Source of the DNA: Polyangiaceae bacterium
Lineage (GTDB): Bacteria > Myxococcota_A > Polyangia > Polyangiales > Polyangiaceae
NCBI GenBank assembly: GCA_044224495.1
Contig: JBGAKG010000005.1
Span: forward strand, 44,711-108,710
DNA length: 64,000 bases
Reading direction: 5' to 3'
In this document: positions 20,941 to 30,388 of the stretch, in pieces
Layout of the letters: every line of letters begins with the position of its first letter
Numbering within the stretch: the stretch's first letter is position 1
The notes under the pieces: model-generated
What the model saw: the letters and a program-made list of their open reading frames with translations, nothing else
Databases searched by the model: none
Told to the model about the DNA's origin: nothing
Translations under genes and position numbers: made by a program

Positions 20941-21330
20941 GTGGCGAACGAAAGACCTGCGGTTCGCGAGACCGCAGGTCTTTTGCTTTCCATCGGCTTG
21001 GTCGCTGCAGCCGTGCTCGCCTGCGGCGACCCGGCGTGGAGCATGACCGGCACCGTCGTCGACGGCACCGGTGCACCCGTGCCGGGTGCCACGGTGAAGG
21101 TCCTCTGCCCCGGCAAGGCCGCGCCGTGGGAGACCGCGACCACCAACGATGCGGGGGCCATCTCGATGGGCGGCATCCCCGCTGCTCCTCCGAACTGCAC
21201 GGCCGAGATCTCTGCGGCCGGACACGCGTCGGAGACCGTCCCCGTCGGCTCGTTCTGCTACCGGAGCACGACCGCCGGAAACTACGGCTCGCCATGCGCC
21301 CCGGGAAGCGGCAAAGTCGTCCTTCCATGA
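20941..21330 (+). CDS. Small lipoprotein with carboxypeptidase-regulatory-like (beta-sandwich) domain; start codon uncertain
   Basis: Lipobox LAC; [18 protein letters not shown]... C-terminal [14 protein letters not shown]. Track start overlaps the rpoD terminator, so the true start is probably an internal TTG/GTG. Stop overlaps next start (ATGA at 21327-21330). Confidence 0.5.
   Translation: MANERPAVRETAGLLLSIGLVAAAVLACGDPAWSMTGTVVDGTGAPVPGATVKVLCPGKAAPWETATTNDAGAISMGGIPAAPPNCTAEISAAGHASETVPVGSFCYRSTTAGNYGSPCAPGSGKVVLP
20953..20990 (+). terminator. Rho-independent terminator of dnaG-rpoD operon
   Basis: 11-bp perfect stem agacctgcggt / accgcaggtct, 7-nt loop, followed by T-rich tttgctttc, 23 nt after rpoD stop. 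Confidence 0.7.
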
Positions 21331-22208
21331 GAACCCTTTTCTTCGTGGTCCCGCTCGCCGTGCTGGCCGCTTGCAGTGACGATGCGGCGACGACGCCGCA
21401 GTCGCCGTCGGACGCCGCCGCCTCGGATGCGCCGGTCGTCGGAAACGACGCCGGCTCCGTCACGGACGCCAAGGCCGACGCGCCGGTGACCCCGTCCGGC
21501 GGTTGCGGGACGACCCAGCCCGCCGGCACGACCGCCAAGACGATTCAAGTGAACGGCACCGCCCGTGGGTACCAACTGACGGTACCAAGTGGGTACGACG
21601 GCAAGACGCCGCTCGCGGTCGTGTTCGCGTACCACGGGCTCGGCTCGAAGGGCTCCGACATGCGCTCCTACCTCGACATGGAGAAGATCGCGGGGAGCGC
21701 GGCCATCTTCGTCTACCCCGACGGGCTCCAGGCCCAGGGCGGCACGGGCTGGGATCTCGGGGCGAACGGCAAGGACGTCCTCATGTTCGACGCCGTCAAG
21801 AAGGACCTCGACGCGACCTATTGCGTGAATGATGCACGCATCTTCGCGACCGGCTTCAGCTACGGCGGCTGGATGGCGAACGCGCTCGGCTGCGCGCGCG
21901 GCGACGTCGTCCGCGCGATCGCACCGATGAGCGGCGGCGGCCCGGGCGGCACCTGCAAGGGCCCCGTCAGCACGTGGATCTCGCACGGCGCGAACGACAC
22001 CGCCGAGCTCCCGGTCGAAGGGCAGAAGTCGCGCGACAAGTGGATCACGACGAACGGCGCCCAGAAGCCGGGCAAAGCGACGACCCCCGCGCCGTGCATG
22101 GTCTTCGACGGCGGGAAGAAGCCCGTCGTCTACTGCGAGTTTCAGGGCGGGCACGAGATCCCGAGCTTCGGGCGGCAGGCGATATGGGACTTCTTCGTCG
22201 CGCAGTGA
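21327..22208 (+). CDS. Secreted alpha/beta-hydrolase esterase (PHB-depolymerase/feruloyl-esterase-like) lipoprotein
   Basis: Lipoprotein signal VPLAVLAAC; nucleophile elbow GFSYGGWMA (GxSxG). In-frame ATG at index 98 of track ORF 21036..22208. Confidence 0.7.
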   Translation: MRTLFFVVPLAVLAACSDDAATTPQSPSDAAASDAPVVGNDAGSVTDAKADAPVTPSGGCGTTQPAGTTAKTIQVNGTARGYQLTVPSGYDGKTPLAVVFAYHGLGSKGSDMRSYLDMEKIAGSAAIFVYPDGLQAQGGTGWDLGANGKDVLMFDAVKKDLDATYCVNDARIFATGFSYGGWMANALGCARGDVVRAIAPMSGGGPGGTCKGPVSTWISHGANDTAELPVEGQKSRDKWITTNGAQKPGKATTPAPCMVFDGGKKPVVYCEFQGGHEIPSFGRQAIWDFFVAQ

Positions 22209-22564
22209 TCGGCGCGATCGCGCTGGGCGCGTTGGGCACCCTCGCCGGGTGCCACCGCGGCTGGAAGGTCCGGGCGAAGGTCGTGGACGCTTCCGGCGCC
22301 CCGATCCCGGCGGCGACCGCGCACTTCAAGTGCGGGACGAGCGCCTCGCTCGCGGGTCCGATCGGCAACTTCGTCAGCAAGGACGATGGCGTCGTCGAAG
22401 CCGTGGGCGGGACCGACACGGACCCGGGCCCTTCGTGCTCGTTCGAGGTGGTCGCCACCGGGCACAAGACGGCCACCTTCGCCGTCAGCGAGACCTGCTA
22501 CCGGAGCAGCGGGGCAGGGAACCTCGGCGAGCCGTGCCCCGACACGAAGCTCACCGTGCCGTGA
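22184..22564 (+). CDS. Small lipoprotein, paralogue of 20941..21330 (carboxypeptidase-regulatory-like domain)
   Basis: Lipobox LAGC; KVVDASGAPIPAATAHFKCG...CYRSSGAGNLGEPCPDTKLTVP parallels [21 protein letters not shown]...[24 protein letters not shown] of the upstream gene. Confidence 0.55.
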   Translation: MGLLRRAVIGAIALGALGTLAGCHRGWKVRAKVVDASGAPIPAATAHFKCGTSASLAGPIGNFVSKDDGVVEAVGGTDTDPGPSCSFEVVATGHKTATFAVSETCYRSSGAGNLGEPCPDTKLTVP

Positions 22565-23377
22565 TCAGACCGCGCGCGGGCGGCCTGCCTGGATCCAGGC
22601 GGGCTCGTTCTGCACGGTGTAGACGTAGAAGTGCTCCATCCGGCCGCGCAGGTCCTTGTCGAACGCGGGCGCCTGATCCGGCATGAACTCGAGCCGCTTC
22701 GTGAGGTAGGCGCGGTGGTAGGCGATCTGCGCCGCCTCCCACGCTTGGATGTGGGGGAGCGTGGTCGGGCGAGCACGCTTGTACCCGAGCTCGGCCTGCG
22801 TCATCGCGACGTACTGGTTCCACGCCGCCGCTTGGCAGAGCGCGTGGAGACAGCTGGCCTCGCCGACGCGAACCCGCATCCCCGGCTCGTAGGTGTTCAC
22901 GGTCCGACAGTGGGTGCACGTGACGTTCAACGCCCGGAACGTCGGCGGGACGTTCAGCGGCGCACCGCACTGCGTGCACCCGACGGCGCCCTGGTTCGCC
23001 TTCTCTTCGGCGTCGCGGCGCGAGATCGCCTGGAACGCGTTCACGAAGATCTCGACGCGAACGCGCTCCACCTCGACGTCCATCCAATCGCGGAGCGCCT
23101 GGCCCTTCGCGCGCTGGTGGTCCATGAGCGGCCGGGGCGCGCCGGCTTCTTCGAACTTCGACTCCACCTGGCCGCTCCAGGTCTCGTCGATCTTGAGGCC
23201 GAGGTCCTTCGCCCGGCGCTCCATCGCGCTCCACGCGTTGCTCATCGGGAGGGGATCGAAGTCCGAGTCCGCGAGCAGCTGCGCGCACCCGTCGCGCGAC
23301 TCCTGCATGACCTGCTGGAACCGATCGGTGATGTTCTTCAGGAAGGCATCCCACCGCTGGACGAGGGCATCACTCAT
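22565..23377 (-). CDS. Hypothetical protein with internal zinc-ribbon (CTQC...CTHC)
   Basis: Protein-like composition and GC3; CxxC-N14-CxxC motif; no family recognised. Confidence 0.55.
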   Translation of the reverse strand: MSDALVQRWDAFLKNITDRFQQVMQESRDGCAQLLADSDFDPLPMSNAWSAMERRAKDLGLKIDETWSGQVESKFEEAGAPRPLMDHQRAKGQALRDWMDVEVERVRVEIFVNAFQAISRRDAEEKANQGAVGCTQCGAPLNVPPTFRALNVTCTHCRTVNTYEPGMRVRVGEASCLHALCQAAAWNQYVAMTQAELGYKRARPTTLPHIQAWEAAQIAYHRAYLTKRLEFMPDQAPAFDKDLRGRMEHFYVYTVQNEPAWIQAGRPRAV

Positions 23378-23389
23378 GTTCTCTCTCCT

Positions 23390-24043
23390 TCAGACGACCT
23401 TGCCGCCGCAGTACGCGCACGGCTCGATCACGGCGCCGTCGTTCACGGGCGCCGCCCCCGCGCCGGGCTTCCGCGGGGCGCCGCAGGTGGTGCACTTCAT
23501 CTGCGTCGCGCCGGCCTTCGCGCCGGACGCCGCGTAGGTCTGCGTGCTCGCCCGCGCGTTCGCGAAGATGCTCGCGGAGGTGTTCGCCGGAGGCGTCGTC
23601 CGCGCGAGCATCTCCTTCATCGTCCCCTCGACGAGCTCCAGCAGCCGCTGCTCGAGCGCGCGCACGAGCGCCTCTTCGGCCGGGCTGCTGGCGGCGCGAT
23701 CCAGCGGGCGCAGGGCGGCGCGGGCCCGCTCCTCGACCGCCACGAGCGCTTGGCGCAGCTCGACCGGCAGCGCACCCCGCGACCGCTTCGGCCCCTCCGC
23801 GACGTGGCGGCGGCGCTCGTCGGGGGCGAGGGGAGGGATCCCCATTTGGGACAACGCGGCGTCCCAGCTCGCGTCTCCGCCGAGCGCGGCGTTGGCGGCC
23901 GTCTCCAGGAGCCACGACCGCGACTGGTCGACCCACGCGGTCAACGACCGGAGCGTGGCTTCGTTCTCGCTCACGAACGACCTTCCATGGGCGCGAGTAG
24001 AAGGCCTCGCCCAGCGGTCCGTCAATGGTATGCTCCGGGCCAT
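23390..24043 (-). CDS. Hypothetical protein with C-terminal zinc-ribbon (CTTC...CAYC)
   Basis: 12 bp upstream of previous gene on same strand. C-terminal CxxC-N18-CxxC. Start codon shares CATG with divergent DUF962 gene. Confidence 0.45.
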   Translation of the reverse strand: MARSIPLTDRWARPSTRAHGRSFVSENEATLRSLTAWVDQSRSWLLETAANAALGGDASWDAALSQMGIPPLAPDERRRHVAEGPKRSRGALPVELRQALVAVEERARAALRPLDRAASSPAEEALVRALEQRLLELVEGTMKEMLARTTPPANTSASIFANARASTQTYAASGAKAGATQMKCTTCGAPRKPGAGAAPVNDGAVIEPCAYCGGKVV

Positions 24044-24479
24044 GAGCAGCGAGACCCGATTCCAGTCCTTCGAAGAGTTCTGGCCCTTCTACGTCGGCGA
24101 GCACTCCAAGAAGTCGACCCGGCAGCTCCACTTCATCGGGACCACGGCTGCGCTCGGCTGCGTCGCTTGGGGCATCGTCCTCGGCAAGAAGAAGTACCTC
24201 TGGCCGGCCGCGCTCGTTGCAGGCTACGGCCCCGCCTGGTTCTCGCACTTCTTCATCGAGAAGAACCGCCCGGCGACGTTCAAGTACCCCGCCTGGTCGC
24301 TCTACGCCGACTTCGTGATGTGGTCGAAGATGATCCAAGGCACGATGGACGCCGAGGTCGAGCGCGTGATGGCCGAGCGCGCGAAGAAGGCCGAAGGCGA
24401 GACCAACGGCGCGGTCACGAACGGCACGGCGAACGGCACGAACGGCGTCTCGCACCCGACCGATCCCGCCGCCGAGTGA
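24042..24479 (+). CDS. DUF962 (Mpo1-like) family membrane protein
   Basis: FEEFWPFYVGEHSKKSTRQLHFIGTTAALG motif characteristic of the DUF962/Mpo1-like family; 145 aa. Confidence 0.65.
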   Translation: MSSETRFQSFEEFWPFYVGEHSKKSTRQLHFIGTTAALGCVAWGIVLGKKKYLWPAALVAGYGPAWFSHFFIEKNRPATFKYPAWSLYADFVMWSKMIQGTMDAEVERVMAERAKKAEGETNGAVTNGTANGTNGVSHPTDPAAE

Positions 24480-24498
24480 CCCCATCAGGGCCCTCTAC

Positions 24499-25053
24499 GT
24501 GATCGCCGCGCTCGCGGCGCTGTCGGGCACGGCAGCGTGCGAGCGCGGCTGCCTCTCGCGCCGGGTCAGCGCTTCGCTGGATGCGGGCGGAGGCGTGCAG
24601 GACCCGCTCGCCGTCGTCGACTGCCCAGCGGGGGTGTTGCGTTGTCGTACGGGTGTCGTCGAACGCCACGCCACAGCGACGGCGTGCGCGACGTGTACGT
24701 GCCCCTGGGTCGGGACGGGGACGGTCTGCGAGAGCGGCTGCGTCGCCGAAGACGTCGAGCTCGTGCGCGACGAAGCCGAGGCCCCCACGCTCTGCAGCGC
24801 GAGCCCGACCGCGCTCGCGGCGTTCGCCCCCGACGCTCCCCCCGACGCCGGAGCGTGGGCTTGCACGGACGACGGCGCGCGCTTTCAGTGTCACGCGGGA
24901 ACCGTGTACGGCTGTGCCGGGGAAGGTGTCCCCGTCGCGCAGTGCGTGTACGGATGCGTGGAAGAAGGCGATGGCGTCGACGAGGTCTCCGTCGACGTCG
25001 CCCGTGCGCGCGCGCTCTTGTGCCGCCGCCACGCAACGAGTGGTCGCCCCTGA
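24499..25053 (+). CDS. Cys-rich putative secreted/lipoprotein (hypothetical)
   Basis: GTG start, LSGTAAC lipobox-like N-terminus, about 20 Cys, strong GC3 bias in this frame. Weak support. Confidence 0.35.
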   Translation: MIAALAALSGTAACERGCLSRRVSASLDAGGGVQDPLAVVDCPAGVLRCRTGVVERHATATACATCTCPWVGTGTVCESGCVAEDVELVRDEAEAPTLCSASPTALAAFAPDAPPDAGAWACTDDGARFQCHAGTVYGCAGEGVPVAQCVYGCVEEGDGVDEVSVDVARARALLCRRHATSGRP

Positions 25054-25449
25054 CACGCGGATCACGGCGAACGGACACGTTCGTTCTCATGACTCGCTCA
25101 GTGTGAAACGACGTTCGTTCGCAGCCGCGTATGCGCCTTCGCAAACGGCGTGACGGCGTCACGCGGCTTGCCGAAAAAGTGACGATGCGCGTCGGGATAT
25201 CTTACGCTTGACTACATTGGCGCCATGGTCGATTTCCTCGTGATTTCAGGGGAGCGACGGCGGGCCGACGGCCCACCCGTACCGCGTCGCGCCAGCGCGC
25301 CGCGGCATCGCGGAGTTGGGACCGTCGCTTCGTACGCTGCCACTGGAGCGGGGACCACGTCACGACGCACTGCGCGGGGAGCGGCGTAGATGGCGAGTCT
25401 CTTGCATTACCTTTTTGGGACCACCGCAAAGGTCGAAGGGTTTGCCTCC

Positions 25450-26379
25450 ATGAAACGCGCAGTCGTCATCGTCGCCGCCTCCACCGTCGTCGCCAGCGTC
25501 TTCGGCGTCAGCGGAAGCTCGTCGCTCGAAGGCACCGCGCAGGCGCAGACCGCGGGCGACGAAGGCCCACCTCCTCCGGCCGAAGGGCCAAAATCGCAGC
25601 TCCTCGCGGCCGTGAAGACCAGCACGACGGCGCCCATCTCCGCGCCGAGCGCCTGCCCGGGCGGCATGGTCGAGGTCGAAGGCGACTTCTGCCCTTACGT
25701 GGAGCAGAAGTGCCTCCGCTGGCTCGACCCGGACACGAAGATGCGGTGCGCGGAGTTCGCGCCGACGGGCGAGTGCCCGACCCACACCGTCAAGAAGCAC
25801 TTCTGCATCGACGCGTTCGAGTTCCCGAACGAGCCCGGCGCCAAGCCGACCGTGATGGTGTCGTGGAACCAGGCGAAGGCTCAGTGCGGCGCGCAAGGCA
25901 AGCGGCTCTGCAACGAGAGCGAGTGGACCCTCGCGTGCGAAGGCCAGGAGCGCCTGCCGTACCCGTACGGCTACGCGCGCAGCGCGGACGCCTGCAACAT
26001 CGACAAGCCGCACCCGGCACCGAACGAGCACCTCATCGCAGACCCGAAGACGCGCGACGCCGAGGTCGCCCGGCTCGACCAGCGCGACCCCTCCGGTGCG
26101 CGCGAGGCGTGCGTGAGCCCGTTCGGCGTCCACGACATGACCGGCAACGTCGACGAGTGGGTCGTGAACGAGAGCGGGCGCCCCTACAAGAGCGGCCTGA
26201 AGGGTGGCTACTGGGGTCCCGTCCGCACGCGCTGCCGCCCGATGACGACGGCGCACGACGAGAACTTCACGTTCTACCAGGTCGGCTTCCGCTGCTGCTC
26301 CGACGCTGCAGCGGCCACGGCCGGTGGCGGCGCGGTGGCGAAGGCGTCGCCCGAGGCGAGCGGCCCGGCCGGGAGCTGA
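25450..26379 (+). CDS. Secreted formylglycine-generating-enzyme (FGE-sulfatase/SUMF1) domain protein
   Basis: Signal peptide MKRAVVIVAASTVVASVFG; signature GVHDMTGNVDEWV and RCCSD motifs of the FGE-sulfatase fold. Start at in-frame ATG index 21 of track ORF. Confidence 0.8.
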   Translation: MKRAVVIVAASTVVASVFGVSGSSSLEGTAQAQTAGDEGPPPPAEGPKSQLLAAVKTSTTAPISAPSACPGGMVEVEGDFCPYVEQKCLRWLDPDTKMRCAEFAPTGECPTHTVKKHFCIDAFEFPNEPGAKPTVMVSWNQAKAQCGAQGKRLCNESEWTLACEGQERLPYPYGYARSADACNIDKPHPAPNEHLIADPKTRDAEVARLDQRDPSGAREACVSPFGVHDMTGNVDEWVVNESGRPYKSGLKGGYWGPVRTRCRPMTTAHDENFTFYQVGFRCCSDAAAATAGGGAVAKASPEASGPAGS

Positions 26380-26862
26380 TCAGTCGGCGCCCGCGTCCGA
26401 GGGCGGCGCCGGCGGAGGTGCAGGACGGTGGAGCGGCGGATCGCCGTACTCGGTCCGCATCTTCCGCGTGAGCTGGTTGAGGATCACCTGCTCGTGGTAG
26501 CGCGGCATCTGCGGGAGCTGGACGATGACGTGGATCGGCCCGTCGAGCTCGCGCGGCTTCACGAGCTCGAGGGAGCCCTGGGAGACCTGCTTCCCGCTCT
26601 CGGTCGAGGTGTACTCGAAGAGTAGGTAGCCGCTCTGCTCGTCCTTCTCGATGACCTTCAGGTTCATGTCGATGCGGATCAGCCGCAGCGCGGCGTTCCA
26701 GGTCCGGTCGTAGCCATAGGGGGAGTCGTAGGACGACTGCGCCGCCACGTCCGGGCTCGTCAGGACGATGGCGCCGGTCACCGCGAGACCGAGCGCCGTC
26801 CCGGTGAGGGGAGCCGCCGCACGAAGCCAGAGCATCGACAGGAGCGAGTGGCGCATGCCCAT
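26380..26862 (-). CDS. Secreted hypothetical protein (160 aa)
   Basis: Signal peptide, balanced composition; convergent with FGE gene. Confidence 0.5.
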   Translation of the reverse strand: MGMRHSLLSMLWLRAAAPLTGTALGLAVTGAIVLTSPDVAAQSSYDSPYGYDRTWNAALRLIRIDMNLKVIEKDEQSGYLLFEYTSTESGKQVSQGSLELVKPRELDGPIHVIVQLPQMPRYHEQVILNQLTRKMRTEYGDPPLHRPAPPPAPPSDAGAD

Positions 26863-26938
26863 CGCTTATCGAAGCGCAAGAGCCTGGGCCAAATTTCCGA
26901 CGCTTGCTGGCGCGCCGCTCCTCCCGCACCATGAGCGC

Positions 26939-29227
26939 ATGGGACGGACCGGGATGGGCGCGCTGGGGGCTTTGAGCGCGCTGGGGCTCGCGCTCGGGGC
27001 GACGTTCTCGTGCTCGGACGAACCGACGGCGGTGACCCCGACCGACGCCGGGAGCGACGTGAAGGTTCCGGCCGACCTGTGCAGCCCCTCGCCGGCGAAG
27101 GACGCGTTTCCCACCGGCTCCTGTACCGCGCCGCAGCCGCCCCAGAAGGACGCGTTCGACGAGGCGCTCGCGATGATCGGTCGAGACCGGTGCAGTCTGC
27201 AACAAGATCCCAAGAAGATGCTGAACGCGGTGATGGACGTGGACGATCCGCGCCAGCTCCCCGACTTCAAGCCGCTCCTCGAGTACCCGCTCCGGCTGCC
27301 CAGCTACGGCACCGCCGTCGCCAAGGACTTCGATGGAGCGCTCGCCAGCGCGCGGCCCGTCTCTCGGGCGATCGCCGCCGCGTCGCTCCGGCGGGGGAAG
27401 CCGCTCGTGGGCTGCGCCGACGGCGCGTGGTGGGCGCTGCCGGCAGGTGATGCCCCGCTCGCGGTCGCGCTGAAGCAGCTCGCCGACGATCAAGGCGTGG
27501 ACTTCGACGAGGCCGCCGCCGCCGAGGCCCTGTCGGCCACGCCGATCGAGCTCCAACGCGCGCTCGTGCCGGTGGCGCGCGCGCTCGCGCGGGCGAACGT
27601 CGCCATCGCCGAGGCGCGGGTGCCGGCCGCCGCCTTTCTGCCGCGCTTCCGCACCGCGCCGGACTGGGTGATCGGCACCATCACCTACAAATGGACGGAT
27701 CCGCTGCTCGCCGCGTTCGACGGCGTCGACGTCGCGAAGATGAGCGAGGCCGCCACCGAGATCGCGGTCGCGATCGAGGCCGCCGAGCTCTCGCGATTCG
27801 CCGGGCTCGCCGTGCCCGACGTCGATCTGGCGACCCCGTTCGGCGGCATGGTGCTCCGCGGCGCCGACGCCCAGACGTACCTTCCTGGGACAGCGGCGGA
27901 GAGCGCAGCCTTCGTCCTCGACACCGGCGGCGCGGACACCTACCGCATCGCCGTGGCGGCGGCCACGCTCGATCGGCCGCTCGCGGTCCACGTCGATCTC
28001 GGCGGCGACGACACCTACGCCTACGTGGAGAAGAAGGTCGCCGAGGACGACCTCGGCGATCGCCTCCCGAGCGACGACGCGGGTCGCGTCGGGCGCACGC
28101 GGAGCCGCGTCGGGCGCCAGGGCAGCGCGGTCCTCGGCGTCGGGATGCTGTTCGACCTGGGGAAGAGCAAGGACGTCTATCGCTCGCTCGCGATCTCCCA
28201 GGGCGCGGCGGTGTTCGGCGTCGGGGTGCTGTACGACGACGGCGGCGACGACCGCTACGACGCCGAGGTGCTCTCGCAAGGCGCGGCCGCGTGGGGGATC
28301 GGCCTGCTCCTCGACGGGGGCGGGAGCGATCACCACCTCGCCTACGCCGACGCGCAGGGCTTCGGCATGGTGCAGGGCTTCGGCGCCGCGATCGACGCCT
28401 CGGGCGACGACGAGTGGTACACGAACCCCGGCTACCCCGGCGTGGCCGGCATCAAGGACGACATCCTCTACGCGAACGGGCAGCTCCCCGGGAAGGCGAA
28501 CACCTCGCTCTCCCAGGGCTGCGGCTTCGGGCATCGCCCCGACGCGCCGGAGCCCGGCTTCGAGTTCGCCGGCGGGTTCGGGCTGCTCCGCGACGCCGCT
28601 GGAAGCGATCGCTACACGACGGGCGTGTTCGGTCAGGCGTGCTCGTTCGGTCTCGGCATCGGGATGCTCCTCGATGGCGCCGGCGACGACGTCTACAAGG
28701 GGCTCTGGTACGTGCAGGGTGCAAACGCGCACACGGCGGTGGCGTACTTCGACGACGGCGCCGGCAACGACGCGTACAACCCCGACGCGTTCCCCGTCAC
28801 CGCGACGTCGATCGGCGTCGGGCACGACTTCTCTTCGGCCGTCCACTACGACGAAGGCGGCGACGACGTGTACTTCGGCCCCGGCCTCTCGCTCGGAAGC
28901 GGGAACGCCAACGGCATCGGCGTCATGGTGGTGCGCGGCGGGAAGGACACCTTCAACGCCGCGAGCGTGGTCTCGCTCGGCGCCGCCAACTCGACCGAGA
29001 TCTTCGGCACGCCCCGCAAGACGCTGCCGACGATCGGCGTCTTCGTGAAGGCGGGTGGCGCAGGTGCGTACGCCGTCGGCGGGGTCGATGCAGGCGCGTA
29101 CCCGTCGGGGAGCTGGTCCTACACGCCGAACAACACGCCGGACGGCGGCGCCGACGGCGGCCCGATCTACGACTACGAGAAGAGCATCGGCCTCGATCGG
29201 CCGAACGGCACGGCGGCGCTGCCGTGA
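26939..29227 (+). CDS. Large lipoprotein with about 10 tandem GxGDDxY repeats (possible beta-helix/beta-propeller)
   Basis: Lipobox ATFSC; repeated motifs GGADTYR, GGDDTYA, GGDDRYD, GGSDHHL, GDDEWY, GSDRYT, GDDVYK, GNDAYN, GDDVYF, GKDTFN spaced about 30 aa. Start taken at in-frame ATG (index 58) to avoid overlap with minus-strand gene. Confidence 0.6.
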   Translation: MGRTGMGALGALSALGLALGATFSCSDEPTAVTPTDAGSDVKVPADLCSPSPAKDAFPTGSCTAPQPPQKDAFDEALAMIGRDRCSLQQDPKKMLNAVMDVDDPRQLPDFKPLLEYPLRLPSYGTAVAKDFDGALASARPVSRAIAAASLRRGKPLVGCADGAWWALPAGDAPLAVALKQLADDQGVDFDEAAAAEALSATPIELQRALVPVARALARANVAIAEARVPAAAFLPRFRTAPDWVIGTITYKWTDPLLAAFDGVDVAKMSEAATEIAVAIEAAELSRFAGLAVPDVDLATPFGGMVLRGADAQTYLPGTAAESAAFVLDTGGADTYRIAVAAATLDRPLAVHVDLGGDDTYAYVEKKVAEDDLGDRLPSDDAGRVGRTRSRVGRQGSAVLGVGMLFDLGKSKDVYRSLAISQGAAVFGVGVLYDDGGDDRYDAEVLSQGAAAWGIGLLLDGGGSDHHLAYADAQGFGMVQGFGAAIDASGDDEWYTNPGYPGVAGIKDDILYANGQLPGKANTSLSQGCGFGHRPDAPEPGFEFAGGFGLLRDAAGSDRYTTGVFGQACSFGLGIGMLLDGAGDDVYKGLWYVQGANAHTAVAYFDDGAGNDAYNPDAFPVTATSIGVGHDFSSAVHYDEGGDDVYFGPGLSLGSGNANGIGVMVVRGGKDTFNAASVVSLGAANSTEIFGTPRKTLPTIGVFVKAGGAGAYAVGGVDAGAYPSGSWSYTPNNTPDGGADGGPIYDYEKSIGLDRPNGTAALP

Positions 29228-29228
29228 C

Positions 29229-30359
29229 TCAGGAGGCCGCTTCGGCGGTCTGCTTGTCGGGCTCTTTGTCGTTCTCGGCTGCGGCGATCGCCTTCAGGCT
29301 CCCGTGGCCCGCGAACAGCGCGACGCCGCCGGCGATGATCGTGAAGAGCACCTGGACCGAGAACAGCAGGAACGCATAGGCCGGCCCGCGCTCCTGCACG
29401 ATCGCGCTCGGGTAGTAGAACGTCATCCCGCAGAAGAGCCCTGCCTGGAAGATGCCGAGGAGCCCCGGCGGACCCGGGATCAGGATCGTGATGCCGAGCA
29501 TGCCCATCATCGCGGCGGCCTCGCCGAACGTCGGCGCGCTGCCGTCGGCGTGCTCCAAGCCGGCGCCCCACGCGAGGAACCACATCCCCGCCGCGTTGAC
29601 GCCCCAGTAGAGGGTGGTCTCGAGGAGGTAGCCCGCGGCGTCGCGCGGAGAGCGGAGGACGTCGAGCCCTTCGGCCAAGCGCTCCGCCTCGTGGGCGAGC
29701 TTCTCCGCCAGCTTCTTGGAGACGATGCCGACGATGGCGACGGTCGCCCGGTGCGCCCATTTGCGCGCGAAGAAGTAGACCGCGATCGTCGTGAGCGCGC
29801 CGGTGAAGCCGAGGAGCGTGAAGAACGCATAGCCGCGGACTTGCGCCGTCGTGACGGGGAGGCCGACGACGTGATCGGGCAACGGAACCACCGTCGGGAC
29901 GAACAGCAGCGCGATCGCGAGGACCACGCTCAGGTAGAGCCCGTCCACGATCCGGTCGGCGATGATGCTGCCGGTGGCGGCGGAGAAGGAGACGCGGCCT
30001 TTCTCGCGGAGCATCGCCGGGCGCACGAACTCCCCGAGCCGGAACGGCAGGAGCAGGATCGCGGCGAAGCCGACGAGCGAGATCGAGATGAGGCGCGTGG
30101 TGGGGACGTGGTCCGCGACGCGGCGGAGGAGGAACCGCCAGCGCGTGCCGCGGAAGAAGCTCATCCCGGCCATGAAGAAGACGTACGTCGGGACCGTCCA
30201 CCACTTCACGTGGGAGAACTGGCTCCGCGACGGGACGAGGTCGAGGCCGGAGTGCCGGAGCGCCCACAAGAGGCACACGGTCACGACGATCGACGCGATG
30301 AATCGCGTGGCGTGACGGCGAAAGAAGCCCGGCCTCGTGGCTGGGGAAAGCTCGGCCAT
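29229..30359 (-). CDS. UPF0104 / flippase-like (lysyl-phosphatidylglycerol-synthase TM-domain family) membrane protein
   Basis: 8 or more TM helices, RWRFLLR and FRLGEFVRP motifs typical of the family. Start at ATG index 59 (MAELSPATRPGFF). Confidence 0.7.
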   Translation of the reverse strand: MAELSPATRPGFFRRHATRFIASIVVTVCLLWALRHSGLDLVPSRSQFSHVKWWTVPTYVFFMAGMSFFRGTRWRFLLRRVADHVPTTRLISISLVGFAAILLLPFRLGEFVRPAMLREKGRVSFSAATGSIIADRIVDGLYLSVVLAIALLFVPTVVPLPDHVVGLPVTTAQVRGYAFFTLLGFTGALTTIAVYFFARKWAHRATVAIVGIVSKKLAEKLAHEAERLAEGLDVLRSPRDAAGYLLETTLYWGVNAAGMWFLAWGAGLEHADGSAPTFGEAAAMMGMLGITILIPGPPGLLGIFQAGLFCGMTFYYPSAIVQERGPAYAFLLFSVQVLFTIIAGGVALFAGHGSLKAIAAAENDKEPDKQTAEAAS

Positions 30360-30388
30360 GGGAAGAGCGTGCTCTATAGCACGGGTCG

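Noticed and set aside
26768-26938. Upstream extension of the GxGDDxY lipoprotein ORF
   Set aside because: Overlaps the minus-strand secreted-protein gene 26380..26862. Internal ATG gives a proper signal peptide.
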